The notes: generated by a model not told the origin, from the sequence alone. A stretch of 64,000 nt of DNA from an uncultured Clostridia bacterium (GCA_934167445.1 CAKPKJ010000001.1:26937-90936); one strand, 5' to 3'; counted from the first letter of the stretch, positions 50,355 to 60,154 are shown. Made by a program: numbers and translations.

Positions 50355-51164
50355 ATGGAAAAACCAAATTACTATTCAATAATACCAGCTAAAGTAAGAT
50401 ATGATAAAGATTTAATGGCAAACGCAAAATTACTATATGGAGAAATTACAGCTTTATGTAATGACAAAGGCATTTGCTGGGCTAGAAATGAGTATTTTGC
50501 GGATTTATATGATGTTAGCAAAGAAACAATATCACGTTGGATAAGTCAATTAAATAATAAAAAATATATAAAAATAAAAATGTTTTATAAAAAAGGCAGT
50601 AAAGAGATAGATAAAAGGATAATATCTATTCGACAATACCCTATTGACGAAAACGTCAATACCTATTGTCAAGAAAATCAAAGTAATAACCTATTGATAA
50701 AAACGTCAATACCCTATCCACAAAAAAATCAAGAGGGTATTGATGAAAACATCAAAGAGAATATTACAAGTATTAATAATAAAGAAAAAGAAGAAAGGAA
50801 TTTTCAAAAAGAACTAAAAGATGTTACTGAGTTCTATGAAAATAACATAACGTTAATAACAGCATTTGTTTCAGAAGATATAGAAAAATATTTAAAATCA
50901 GGACTGTATTCAGACTTAATTATTGAAGCAATGAAAGAAGCGGTTTCTAGAAATAAAAGAAATTGGAAATATGTTACTGGAATATTAAATGATTGCATAA
51001 ATAACAAAGTATATACAGCAAAACAATTTAAAATCAAACAAGAAGAGTTTAAATCTAATAAAACAATACATAAAAACAGCAAAACAAAGGAAAAAATAGA
51101 ATACGATGAAGTTGATTTTACTAACGAAGAAGAATACAAAGAAAAAATACTAGGGAAAGGATAA
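50355..51164 (+). CDS. phage replisome organizer / DnaD-domain replication initiator
   Basis: Start at MEKPNYY after AGGAGG. N-terminus YSIIPAKVRYD...LLYGEITALCNDKGICWARNEYFADLY. C-terminal DnaD-like NWKYVTGILNDC. Confidence 0.7.
   Translation: MEKPNYYSIIPAKVRYDKDLMANAKLLYGEITALCNDKGICWARNEYFADLYDVSKETISRWISQLNNKKYIKIKMFYKKGSKEIDKRIISIRQYPIDENVNTYCQENQSNNLLIKTSIPYPQKNQEGIDENIKENITSINNKEKEERNFQKELKDVTEFYENNITLITAFVSEDIEKYLKSGLYSDLIIEAMKEAVSRNKRNWKYVTGILNDCINNKVYTAKQFKIKQEEFKSNKTIHKNSKTKEKIEYDEVDFTNEEEYKEKILGKG
50626..50755 (+). repeat. iteron array (putative phage origin) inside the initiator gene
   Basis: CCTATTGACGAAAACGTCAATACC, CCTATTGATAAAAACGTCAATACC, GGTATTGATGAAAACATCAA and a partial CTATTCGACAATACC. 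Each has internal dyad symmetry. Confidence 0.6.
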
Positions 51165-51167
51165 AAC

Positions 51168-52415
51168 ATGTATGATGAAGATATAGAAAAAACAGTGCTT
51201 TATTACTTGATTTTTGAAAAAGAAGCAATTGTTGTAGATGAAGAAGATTTCTTTTTACCGAAGCATAAACAAATAATTAACGCAATATTAGAACTACAAA
51301 ATAAAAAAGAAGAAATCAATATTTTAAGCATAAAAGATAAAATAGAAGGTAAAGACATAGATATTTTAAAATATATAAGTAATATAGCTGAGTGTAGATA
51401 TGGCAGTTCAATACAATATGCTTATAGAGAATTAAAGAGATTAAGCAAAAAAAGAAAGTTAATAAAGCTAAGCAATGAGATAAAAGAAAATGCAGAAAAT
51501 GAAAGAGAAACAGAAATATACATAGAAAAAGTAATTAAACAGCTTAATGACATAAATCAAGAGACAGAAAAGGAGAAGACGTTTTTAGATATAGTTTGCG
51601 AAACATCAGATATAATTGAAAAAAAGAGAATACAGGGAACAAAATATGATTATAAATATTTCACAGGAATATTTGATTTAGATAAAACCACAAATGGTTT
51701 ACATGAAGAAGAACTAACGATAATTGGAGCTAGACCAGGTGTAGGAAAAACAACATTTGCATTACAAATTGCACAGCATATAGCAGAAAAAGGAACCGTG
51801 GTAGGAATAGTTAGTTTAGAAATGTCAGAAACTCAAATAGTACAAAAACTAATATCTAAAGTTTCAAATATAGATAGCAATAAGCTAAGAACAGGAAATT
51901 TAAATCAATTAGAACAAGAAAAGGTGGCAATGGCAGAAGGAAAAATATCAGATTTACCATTTTTTATAAATACGAGAATTAGGAACATACAAGAAATAGA
52001 AAATTATGCAAGAAGATTAAAAAACAAAAACAATCTAGGATTACTAGTAATTGACTATATTCAATTAGTGAAAAGTAAAAATAAGTTTAACAGTAGAGAA
52101 CAAGAAGTCGCAGAAATATCAAGAACATTAAAATTATTAAGTTTAGAGTTAAAAATTCCGGTCATAGGGCTATGCCAATTAAACAGAAATGCAGCGAAAA
52201 CTGAACCAACTTTGGCAGATCTAAGAGAAAGTGGGGCAATTGAACAAGATGCTGATAACGTTATTTTTATATATAAAGAAAATGATAATGAAGAAGAAAA
52301 AACAGTAGAAAATGTAGTAGTAGATTTGCAAAAGCAAAGAGCGGGAGGACTAACAAAAGTAATGCTTAGATTCGATAAAAAAGTAAGCGAATTTAGGAAT
52401 TTGGTCAGGAGGTAA
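51168..52415 (+). CDS. dnaB: replicative DNA helicase (DnaB family)
   Basis: Walker A GARPGVGKTTFAL. RecA-like C-terminal domain. Confidence 0.85.
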   Translation: MYDEDIEKTVLYYLIFEKEAIVVDEEDFFLPKHKQIINAILELQNKKEEINILSIKDKIEGKDIDILKYISNIAECRYGSSIQYAYRELKRLSKKRKLIKLSNEIKENAENERETEIYIEKVIKQLNDINQETEKEKTFLDIVCETSDIIEKKRIQGTKYDYKYFTGIFDLDKTTNGLHEEELTIIGARPGVGKTTFALQIAQHIAEKGTVVGIVSLEMSETQIVQKLISKVSNIDSNKLRTGNLNQLEQEKVAMAEGKISDLPFFINTRIRNIQEIENYARRLKNKNNLGLLVIDYIQLVKSKNKFNSREQEVAEISRTLKLLSLELKIPVIGLCQLNRNAAKTEPTLADLRESGAIEQDADNVIFIYKENDNEEEKTVENVVVDLQKQRAGGLTKVMLRFDKKVSEFRNLVRR

Positions 52416-52551
52416 CATATGAAAAAAGTTATAAATGAAGAAGATATAAGAAAATCAAATGATTTAGAAAGATGCAGATTATTAATTGCAATAATAAAAC
52501 GGACAAGCAGTATATACACAAGATATAAAAACTCATTAAAAGGAGGAGTTT

Positions 52552-52857
52552 ATGAATAATATAACAAGAGAAACAAGAAAAGAAAGTTTTGGAAAAATAC
52601 AATTAAAAAGGAAATGTAAACTAATATATGAACAGCTAGGAAGCGGAGAATATACAGCAAGAGAATTAGCAATAAAAATGTACAATACAACTGATGAAAA
52701 TGGAAATAGATTACTAAGAACCGCAGAAAGACAAGAAACAGCTCCGAGGTTAACAGAATTAGTAAAATTGGGGCTAGTTGAAACAGAAACCAAAAAATAT
52801 GATGAAGTAAGTGGCTGCAATGTAGCGGTTTATAAAAGAAAGGAACGGAACAAATGA
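52552..52857 (+). CDS. hypothetical protein
   Basis: RBS AAGGAGGAG. Confidence 0.45.
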   Translation: MNNITRETRKESFGKIQLKRKCKLIYEQLGSGEYTARELAIKMYNTTDENGNRLLRTAERQETAPRLTELVKLGLVETETKKYDEVSGCNVAVYKRKERNK

Positions 52858-53102
52858 AAGAGTATAAAAGAGCTATTATATTTATAAGTATTGCATATTT
52901 AGTAGGAATAATATTAGGAACAATACTAGGAATGAAAATAGTATATGACAAAGATAAAGAATTAATAAATAATCAATATATAGAATTAGATAATTCAAGA
53001 GAAGTAATAGATAAGTTAACACAAGAAAATAACAAACTAGAAACAATATTAAATAATTATACAATAGAGGAGAGAAAGGAAGGTAATTCATATGAACAAT
53101 AA
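52854..53102 (+). CDS. hypothetical membrane protein
   Basis: Overlapping start. One transmembrane helix. Confidence 0.45.
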   Translation: MKEYKRAIIFISIAYLVGIILGTILGMKIVYDKDKELINNQYIELDNSREVIDKLTQENNKLETILNNYTIEERKEGNSYEQ

Positions 53103-53454
53103 AATTGAAGTAGAGGAATATGTAAGAACAAAAAATGGAGTTATTGACAAAGTAGATGCTTTATACGGAATGATAGCAAATACAGTGCATTTAGAAAAAC
53201 AAAAATGGTTTGATATAAAAAATATAGTAAAACATAGTAAACAACTAATAGATTTAGTAGAAGTTGGAGATATAGTAAATGGAATGGAAGTATTAGATAT
53301 ATATAAGCCAAGAGACTTATGGGAACTAATAGAAATAAGAGTTGATAGTAGATATACAAATTTTATTTTAGCAGAAGACGTAAAAACGATACTAACAAAA
53401 GAACAGTATATGGCTAATTGCTATAAAGTAGGAGGAGAAGATGAATGTATGTAG
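53092..53454 (+). CDS. hypothetical protein
   Basis: RBS GAAAGGAAGG. Confidence 0.45.
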   Translation: MNNKIEVEEYVRTKNGVIDKVDALYGMIANTVHLEKQKWFDIKNIVKHSKQLIDLVEVGDIVNGMEVLDIYKPRDLWELIEIRVDSRYTNFILAEDVKTILTKEQYMANCYKVGGEDECM

Positions 53455-54014
53455 ATATATATAACACAAATAAAAAATATAACATAATCTATGCAGATCC
53501 ACCGTGGAAATATAAAAGTAGAGCTAATCATAAAACAAGATTTAGGGGTGGAGCTTGTGGACATTATGAACTAATGTCTATGGAAGAAATAAAAAAGTTG
53601 CCTATCAAGGAAATAGCAGATAAAAATTGTACGTTATTTTTATGGGTTACATTTCCGTATCTCGAAGAACAAATAAATTTATTTAAACATTGGGGATTTG
53701 AATATAAAACATTAGGCTTCAGTTGGCTAAAGCAAAATCCAAAAAATAAAAAGCTGTTTTTTGGAGTAGGATATTATGCAAAATCAAATTGTGAAGTATG
53801 TTTAATGGGTATAAAGGGTAAAATGAAGCCAATTAGTAATAAAATCTCAAGTGCAATATTATCTCCTAGACGAGAACATAGTCGAAAACCAGACGAAGCT
53901 AGAGAACGAATAGTTGAATTATTTGGGGATATTCCAAGAATAGAATTATTTGCAAGACAAACTGTAGAAGGTTGGGATTGCTGGGGAAACGAAGTAGGAG
54001 GAGAAAATGAATAG
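53445..54014 (+). CDS. MT-A70-family N6-adenine DNA methyltransferase (orphan)
   Basis: YADPPWKY catalytic motif. Confidence 0.75.
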   Translation: MYVDIYNTNKKYNIIYADPPWKYKSRANHKTRFRGGACGHYELMSMEEIKKLPIKEIADKNCTLFLWVTFPYLEEQINLFKHWGFEYKTLGFSWLKQNPKNKKLFFGVGYYAKSNCEVCLMGIKGKMKPISNKISSAILSPRREHSRKPDEARERIVELFGDIPRIELFARQTVEGWDCWGNEVGGENE

Positions 54015-54528
54015 AAAATATTATAAGAGAACAAACAATATGAAAGAAAAAACAGCAGATGAAGTTATATTAACACCGATGTATGAAGGCGAAGTATATA
54101 AATATCATGAATGCTCAAATTGTAAAAAAGAAATATACTTTGAAGAAGATATATTTCAACCATTTCATTTTGAAGAAAATATAAAATATTGCCCATTTTG
54201 TGGAAAAGAAGTAATAAGATATGCAAAACCAAAATTTATAGAAGAAATAAATTGGAATTGGTTAGATGAATACGAATCTGTTGTAGAAAAAATGTATAGA
54301 GAATTAGAATATATAATTTATTGTAAGCTAGATAAAGAACAAATAGACAAATTAAAAGAAAAGTCTGCAAGAGGAATGGAATACTTTGGACAGAATAGAT
54401 GGTCCTTTCCATATAGCAAAGGAACTATATGCGACATAATTCATCAAATAACGAGAACTAAAGTACATTATACGGAAAAACGAAAACTTGAAAAAGAGTT
54501 TGGAGGTGTTTTAAGTGAAAGAAACTGA
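54007..54528 (+). CDS. hypothetical zinc-ribbon protein
   Basis: CSNCKK...CPFCGK pairs. Confidence 0.5.
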   Translation: MNRKYYKRTNNMKEKTADEVILTPMYEGEVYKYHECSNCKKEIYFEEDIFQPFHFEENIKYCPFCGKEVIRYAKPKFIEEINWNWLDEYESVVEKMYRELEYIIYCKLDKEQIDKLKEKSARGMEYFGQNRWSFPYSKGTICDIIHQITRTKVHYTEKRKLEKEFGGVLSERN

Positions 54529-54712
54529 AGAGGCAGAAGAACTTGATGATGAAAATGTTGAAGTAGAAACAGATGTAAGTTTTAATATGCATTGGATTTG
54601 TCCTAAATGTAAAAATGATAATTACGAATATGATGTTCCAGCAGATGGATTAGTAGAATGTAAATGTGAAAAATGCTCAAATACATACACATATTATAAT
54701 TGTGTATATTAG
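54515..54712 (+). CDS. small zinc-ribbon protein
   Basis: GTG start after GGAGGTG. CPKCKN...CKCEKC. Confidence 0.5.
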   Translation: MKETEEAEELDDENVEVETDVSFNMHWICPKCKNDNYEYDVPADGLVECKCEKCSNTYTYYNCVY

Positions 54713-54951
54713 GGGGTGTTATAGTGAAAGAAAATAGTAGAGAAGATAGAGTTAAAATATTAAAAATAGAATGTTATATTACAATAAATGACGAGAAAGA
54801 ACCAATATTAAATATTGGTACAAGCTTTTCAAATATGGTAGAAAGTGAAGAATTTAAGTATTATAATGATGAGTTACATAAAAATATCAGACCAGTTTTA
54901 AATGATTTAAAACAAATGTTACTAAACACATTAGAAATGGAGGAAGAATGA
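54700..54951 (+). CDS. hypothetical protein
   Basis: Alternative GTG start at 54724. Confidence 0.4.
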   Translation: MCILGGVIVKENSREDRVKILKIECYITINDEKEPILNIGTSFSNMVESEEFKYYNDELHKNIRPVLNDLKQMLLNTLEMEEE

Positions 54952-55520
54952 AAAATAGTATAGAAGAAGATATAAAAAATGCAGAACATTTTATAAAATC
55001 TATAAAAACAGATAAAGAGTATAAAGAAGAAAATGGCTGGCACGGATATTCCAATAAAGAAATTGTAGAGCTTGCTAGAATATTGCAACATATTTTATCA
55101 GCTTATAAAAGAGTATTAAAAGAGAACGAAGTTTTATTAAAAGAGAATGAAGAAATAAGAATAAAAAACAATGCAATAAAAAGAGAAAGTGAAGCATATG
55201 CTGAACACATGATTAGATTAGATAATAAATTAAATTTAGAAAAAGAAAAATCAAAATATGAATGGATTAGACAAAATTGTTTACCACAAGAATTAGTAAA
55301 TAAGTTATATATTCCAATTCAAAAAGTAAAAGACAAGATAGAAAAAGAAATAAAATATCATGAAAAGAACATATTAGACATAGAAAATACAACTATGTTA
55401 AAGGGTAAAACAGCCAAAGAAGAAGCGGAAATTGAATTTAATAAATATGCAATAGTGGTTTTAAAAAAGATTTTACAAAAATTAATAAAAGAAAGAGAGG
55501 AAGAACACAATGGAAAATAA
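54948..55520 (+). CDS. hypothetical coiled-coil protein (paralog of 56849-57286)
   Basis: Shares HILSAYKRVLKENE with the later ORF. Confidence 0.5.
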   Translation: MKNSIEEDIKNAEHFIKSIKTDKEYKEENGWHGYSNKEIVELARILQHILSAYKRVLKENEVLLKENEEIRIKNNAIKRESEAYAEHMIRLDNKLNLEKEKSKYEWIRQNCLPQELVNKLYIPIQKVKDKIEKEIKYHEKNILDIENTTMLKGKTAKEEAEIEFNKYAIVVLKKILQKLIKEREEEHNGK

Positions 55521-55591
55521 ATATGCAAATACATTGTTGGAAAGAATTGTAAAACCTGTATAAACCTATGCAATAAAAGAGGAGAAGTAAT

Positions 55592-55870
55592 ATGAATAAA
55601 ATTATACATAGAATACTAGATAGATATTACGCAGATAAATTAATTAAAGAAATTATAGATAGCTTTAGATGTATTTATTATTTAGATTTTAAGACAGAGG
55701 AAAGTGAAAATAGGATTTGCTTATATGTTAAGAAACCAAAATATAAAAATACTGAATATGAAAAAGTAATACATTTTAAAATTGAAGAAGCAACAATACA
55801 TTTAATAAGAATTGATGATACAAGAAGAGTTGTAAGAGAACGAATAGAAAAGTATTTAGATAAAGAGTAA
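55592..55870 (+). CDS. hypothetical protein
   Basis: RBS AGAGGAGAAG. Confidence 0.5.
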   Translation: MNKIIHRILDRYYADKLIKEIIDSFRCIYYLDFKTEESENRICLYVKKPKYKNTEYEKVIHFKIEEATIHLIRIDDTRRVVRERIEKYLDKE

Positions 55871-55884
55871 AGGAGGAATAGCTT

Positions 55885-56286
55885 ATGGAAGAAGAACAAT
55901 TTAAAAATTATTATGTATTACCTAAAATCATTTTAGAAATAATGGATTGGTTATGTACTACTAGATTTTATAATAAAACTTTTTTAGAAAGAAAAAAAGA
56001 TTATGAAGATGTTAAAGAGAATTGGAAGTTTTGCGATTTTAAAGTATTACATGGAACACTTAAAAATCCTGAAATAATAAAAATTGGGGAAATACCTAGA
56101 TATAAAGGCGACCATGAAAAATCATTAGTTATAAATTTAAAAAAGAAAGATTGTTGTTATTTAACAAGAGGATATGCGACTGGATTATATGCATGTAAAG
56201 TTATTGCAAATAAATATTCTATACCAAAATATATGGAAAAAGATTTATATAATTTTATAAGTGAGTTTAGGAGGTGTTTTAAGTGA
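55885..56286 (+). CDS. hypothetical protein
   Basis: RBS AAGGAGGAATAGCTTATG. Confidence 0.5.
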   Translation: MEEEQFKNYYVLPKIILEIMDWLCTTRFYNKTFLERKKDYEDVKENWKFCDFKVLHGTLKNPEIIKIGEIPRYKGDHEKSLVINLKKKDCCYLTRGYATGLYACKVIANKYSIPKYMEKDLYNFISEFRRCFK

Positions 56287-56612
56287 AAGAAAATAAATTA
56301 AGTTTAAATGAAAAAATAAAAAGGTTTACAAATAATCATTTACCAAAAACTAGATTTTTACAAATAGAATACAATGGAAAATTATACGAAATAAAATATC
56401 ATAAAGCTTGTTTTTGGTGGCAAGATAAATTTTCAATAAAAGGATATATTAAAAATTTATATACTAATCATTGGGAAGCAGATGAATGTAATGGAGGAAG
56501 CAGAATATTCATTTTAGGAAATGGAAGCGGTATTATTTATGGATTTTTTCCAAAAAGAAAAATGAAAAAACAATTATATGCAAGTGCAAAATATTGGCAA
56601 CAATACAAATAA
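56283..56612 (+). CDS. hypothetical protein
   Basis: GTG start after AGGAGGTG. Confidence 0.45.
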   Translation: MKENKLSLNEKIKRFTNNHLPKTRFLQIEYNGKLYEIKYHKACFWWQDKFSIKGYIKNLYTNHWEADECNGGSRIFILGNGSGIIYGFFPKRKMKKQLYASAKYWQQYK

Positions 56613-56633
56613 AAAAAGAGGAAGGTACTTTAA

Positions 56634-56849
56634 ATGAAAGAAAGTGAAGAAATATTAATTAATACTGATATAGATTATGGAATGATACGTTTGAGAAAAC
56701 GAGGAAAATCAATTATAAAAATAGGAAATGAGAGATTAGGTGGAATAGATGTAAAAATAGAGGTTTCTACAAAATTTAATTGGTTACAAAAAAAGTTGTG
56801 GAAATATTTATTAAATATAGACATTGAAGATATTGAGGAGGAAGAGTAG
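56634..56849 (+). CDS. hypothetical protein
   Basis: RBS AGAGGAAGG. Confidence 0.45.
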   Translation: MKESEEILINTDIDYGMIRLRKRGKSIIKIGNERLGGIDVKIEVSTKFNWLQKKLWKYLLNIDIEDIEEEE

Positions 56850-57286
56850 TGGAAAATAGTGTAGAAGATATAAAAATATTAGAAGAGTTTATAGAAGGAT
56901 TGAAACTATATAATATTAAAACTGGAGAAGATATAAAGCCAACCCAATTTGGAGAAGGACAAAGATATGTTTATTCAAATGTATACTATGCAATTGACCA
57001 TATTTTATCAGATTATAAAAGAGTATTAAAAGAAAATGAAGAGTTGAAAAAATCTAAAATAACATATGAAAGAGTTAGAAATATACAAATAGAAAATAAA
57101 GAAATAGTAAATAAAAAATATATATCAAAACAAAAAATAAAAGAAGTTATCAAAGAATTAGAAGAAAATATTTATCGCATAAAAGAACAATATAGTAATG
57201 GTGGAGAAAATTGTAATACTGTATATCTTGAAAATTTAGCACAAGTAAAAATACTTAAACAAATATTAAAAGAAAGTGAGAAATAA
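56849..57286 (+). CDS. hypothetical coiled-coil protein (paralog of 54948-55520)
   Basis: GTG start after GAGGAGG. Confidence 0.5.
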   Translation: MENSVEDIKILEEFIEGLKLYNIKTGEDIKPTQFGEGQRYVYSNVYYAIDHILSDYKRVLKENEELKKSKITYERVRNIQIENKEIVNKKYISKQKIKEVIKELEENIYRIKEQYSNGGENCNTVYLENLAQVKILKQILKESEK

Positions 57287-57976
57287 ATGAACGAGGAAGA
57301 AAAGAAAGCAATTGAAGATATGAATAGATTTGCAAATGGTATTGATATGAGTTGTGTAACTGCAAGACAAATGCAGATAATATTAAATTTAATAGAAAAA
57401 AAGAAAAATTGTATTAATATATTAGACGATGAGTTAAAAGAAAGAGATGAAACAATAAATAAAAAAGAAATAATAATAGAAAAACTACAAAAAGAAAATA
57501 CAGAACAAAAAGCAGAGATAAAAAAAATAAAATATGACAATAAAACATTAAAAGAATTTGTAAGTGCAGTATTTAATGAAGAGCTGAACGATAAATATAT
57601 AATACATTTAACGGACAAACAATACAATGCAGCAATAGAGAATGCACAAAATGATATAAATCAAAAATGGATTCAAAAAGTAAAAGAAATAAATAAAGGT
57701 ATAAACAGTTTAATGCAAAGTAGAAAAAAATGGAAATATAGATATTATAAAATAAAGAATAAAAATAAAGATTTACAAAAATCAGTGGAGCAGATATATG
57801 ATGGTTATAAAGATATTAGGGAAATGGCTTTTTATTATTCAGACAAACTAGAACAACAGGAAAAAATAATAGATTTAATGTCAGAGAAAATATTTGAAGG
57901 AGGAATTGTATGGGACAACAAAGAAGAAGTTAAGCAATATTTTGAAAATAAAGCAAAAGAATTATTAAATAAATAA
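57287..57976 (+). CDS. hypothetical coiled-coil protein
   Basis: 229-aa ORF, Lys/Glu-rich. Confidence 0.5.
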   Translation: MNEEEKKAIEDMNRFANGIDMSCVTARQMQIILNLIEKKKNCINILDDELKERDETINKKEIIIEKLQKENTEQKAEIKKIKYDNKTLKEFVSAVFNEELNDKYIIHLTDKQYNAAIENAQNDINQKWIQKVKEINKGINSLMQSRKKWKYRYYKIKNKNKDLQKSVEQIYDGYKDIREMAFYYSDKLEQQEKIIDLMSEKIFEGGIVWDNKEEVKQYFENKAKELLNK

Positions 57977-58003
57977 AAGAGTATACTACAATAAGGTGGT
58001 AGT

Positions 58004-58207
58004 ATGAAAGAAAATGAGATAATAACAAAATGGAAACAAGGTTTAAGTAAAAATCAATTAGCAACAATGTATAAAAGACAATACAATCAAGAAATAAAGA
58101 TAATAAGAAGCACAGTAAGACATAGACATAATGGAAGATACATAAGCAATTATGAAGCATTAGCTTATGTTGAAAGGGTAATATATGAGTATTTAAGAAG
58201 GAAGTGA
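58004..58207 (+). CDS. hypothetical basic protein
   Basis: RBS AAGGTGG. Confidence 0.45.
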   Translation: MKENEIITKWKQGLSKNQLATMYKRQYNQEIKIIRSTVRHRHNGRYISNYEALAYVERVIYEYLRRK

Positions 58208-58211
58208 AGAT

Positions 58212-58571
58212 ATGAATATAAAAGAAAAGATTGTCACGCTAATACCTAAAAAAACAGAAAGTGTAAAAGAAATAAAAGTTCCTGATCTAAAACAGTATTT
58301 AGTAAATGGTTATGAAGAAATAAGACAAGTAAAAAAGGAAAATATAGAGTTAGAGAATCAGTTAGAAGAAGAAAAGAAAAATAGACAGTTATATGAAGGA
58401 GCACTAGTAACATTATCAGAATTTCAACAAAGAGATAAAGATAATAAAAACGAAATTAATAGACTTAAAAATAAAATAAAAGAAAAGGAACAAGAAATAA
58501 ATAATATAAATTCACAACTTAATACATATAAAATTAAACAAATCGAATACGACAAAAGAGAAAAAATTTAA
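58212..58571 (+). CDS. hypothetical coiled-coil protein
   Basis: ORF only. Confidence 0.45.
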   Translation: MNIKEKIVTLIPKKTESVKEIKVPDLKQYLVNGYEEIRQVKKENIELENQLEEEKKNRQLYEGALVTLSEFQQRDKDNKNEINRLKNKIKEKEQEINNINSQLNTYKIKQIEYDKREKI

Positions 58572-58701
58572 AAAATGAAATAAATGAGAATGTAAAAAGA
58601 AAAATAAATATATTAAAAGACAATATATGTAACAAGATAAAAAATACTAAAGGAAACTTAAGCAAAGACAAAGTTATAGACATTATATATAAAGAAGCGG
58701 A

Positions 58702-58896
58702 GTGATACAAATGACAATAAATCATATATACAACATAGTAGTAAACACAATGAATAAATTAGGAAATATAGACTTCATAAGTTTTGATAAGAGAAAATAT
58801 AATCAGCAACAATTAAATGAAGCATACAGGATTTTAGACAACCTTAAAGATGAATTAATAAGAGAAGATATAAAAAGGAGAAATACAAATGAATAG
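58702..58896 (+). CDS. hypothetical protein
   Basis: ORF only. Confidence 0.4.
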   Translation: MIQMTINHIYNIVVNTMNKLGNIDFISFDKRKYNQQQLNEAYRILDNLKDELIREDIKRRNTNE

Positions 58897-59026
58897 AGAT
58901 AAACAAATACAAAAAGTAAATAATTTATATAATAGCATGTGTTGTTTAATAATATATGCAGATAAAGAAAGATTGAATTATACAACAAACAGACTCAAAG
59001 AAGAAATTGAAAAATTAAAGTTGTAG
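58889..59026 (+). CDS. small protein (45 aa)
   Basis: RBS AAAAGGAG, 8 nt, ATG. Overlaps the end of the previous ORF. Confidence 0.35.
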   Translation: MNRDKQIQKVNNLYNSMCCLIIYADKERLNYTTNRLKEEIEKLKL

Positions 59027-59035
59027 GAGGTACGA

Positions 59036-59515
59036 ATGAACAAAAGTGAGTTAATAGAATTATTAAAGAACTACAAGGAAAATAAAGCTAAATTAAACAT
59101 AAAATTAAAAGAGTTAAAGACAGAAAGAATAAAACTGAAATATGTAAATGATACTGAAACGAGTATGACTGCAACATACGGAACTAATCAAGATATACAT
59201 AGTAAAAACCAAATAAGCGATAAAGTTTCAAGAAGAATAGAAGAAAATGATAATAAAAGACTTGAAATAGAAAAACGCATAGAAACTTTAGAGGAAGAAG
59301 TTAGAAAACTAAGAGAAAAAGTAGAATCAGTTGATGACAGATTAGAAGGATTAAAGTTTAAGGAAAAAGAAATATTAGTGGCATATTATGTAGAAGGAAT
59401 GACAGCAGAAGATATAGGAAATAGATTGTATTTAAAATTATTTAATCAGACCAGAAGTGATAGGCATATACAAAGAATAATAGAAAAAGCTACTGAAAAA
59501 ATGATAAAATTCTAA
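59036..59515 (+). CDS. late-gene transcriptional regulator candidate (sigma-70 region-4-like / ArpU-like)
   Basis: KEILVAYYVEGMTAEDIGNRL resembles a region-4 HTH. Sits just before the packaging module. Confidence 0.5.
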   Translation: MNKSELIELLKNYKENKAKLNIKLKELKTERIKLKYVNDTETSMTATYGTNQDIHSKNQISDKVSRRIEENDNKRLEIEKRIETLEEEVRKLREKVESVDDRLEGLKFKEKEILVAYYVEGMTAEDIGNRLYLKLFNQTRSDRHIQRIIEKATEKMIKF

Positions 59516-59546
59516 ATGTCGTAAAAATGTCGTAAAAATGTCGTAG
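59516..59546 (+). repeat. tandem 11-bp repeats, ATGTCGTAAAA x 2.8
   Basis: Direct repeats immediately after the stop codon of the late-regulator gene. Confidence 0.7.
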
Positions 59547-59651
59547 ATTTATACAAAGATATATAGTATAATAACAATAGTAAAAATGTAATCGTTCAGC
59601 GATGGACAAGCCCGAGATTACAAAAGTATTTATTATAAGTTTGTGTGTATT

Positions 59652-59686
59652 AAGAATAGATGTTTTAAATGTCTATTCTTTTTATT
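59652..59686 (+). terminator. rho-independent terminator
   Basis: AAGAATAGA/TCTATTCTT stem followed by TTTATTAT. Confidence 0.5.
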
Positions 59687-59915
59687 ATGCATTATTACCA
59701 GTATGCTAGGTAACTGATAATACAGATTCTTTTGGAATACATAAAAGCAACTCCTTTAAAGATTTTATAACAAGAACTTTCCTAGCAAGTTCTTTATTTA
59801 TGTAAGATTAATTCAAAAGGTTTGAAACTTGCCTGCTAAGCAATGTGTACCAAAACGGTATGGGGTTCGTGTCCTCAGTCTTACGCCAATAATTTATAAA
59901 GAAGAAGGTGTACAT

Positions 59916-60062
59916 ATGAACAATCAAGAAAGAGTGGAAAAGTATAAAAAAGAAAACTGCAGCAGATGTAAAAACAGAAAAGAATTTGAATGTGATATAA
60001 GAGTATTCCAAAGTAAAGACGCAATATGTACAAAGTGCATAAATTATGAACGAGAAGATTAA
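59916..60062 (+). CDS. small zinc-ribbon protein
   Basis: Start at MNNQER after GAAGGTG. CSRCKN...CTKC. Confidence 0.4.
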   Translation: MNNQERVEKYKKENCSRCKNRKEFECDIRVFQSKDAICTKCINYERED

Positions 60063-60154
60063 CTATGCTAATTGTATGATAAGAAAATGTGAGCAATGCA
60101 GATATTATGAGTATTGCTTCAAATATAAAGTAAAGAAAAAAGGAGGTAATTATC

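Noticed and set aside
52061-52951. Several minus-strand ORFs (52061-52519, 52536-52820, 52550-52951)
   Set aside because: All are antisense to consistently oriented plus-strand phage genes with RBSs. Leu/Phe-rich, as expected from the complement of AT-rich coding sequence.
59516-59546. Short tandem repeats considered as a CRISPR array
   Set aside because: Units are 11 bp with no spacers. No other repeat-spacer architecture is seen anywhere in the window.
59770-59885. tRNA-like segment (GGGGTTCGTGTCC resembles a T-arm)
   Set aside because: No acceptor stem or anticodon arm can be folded. Most of it is probably the 5-prime UTR and start of a small zinc-ribbon ORF.
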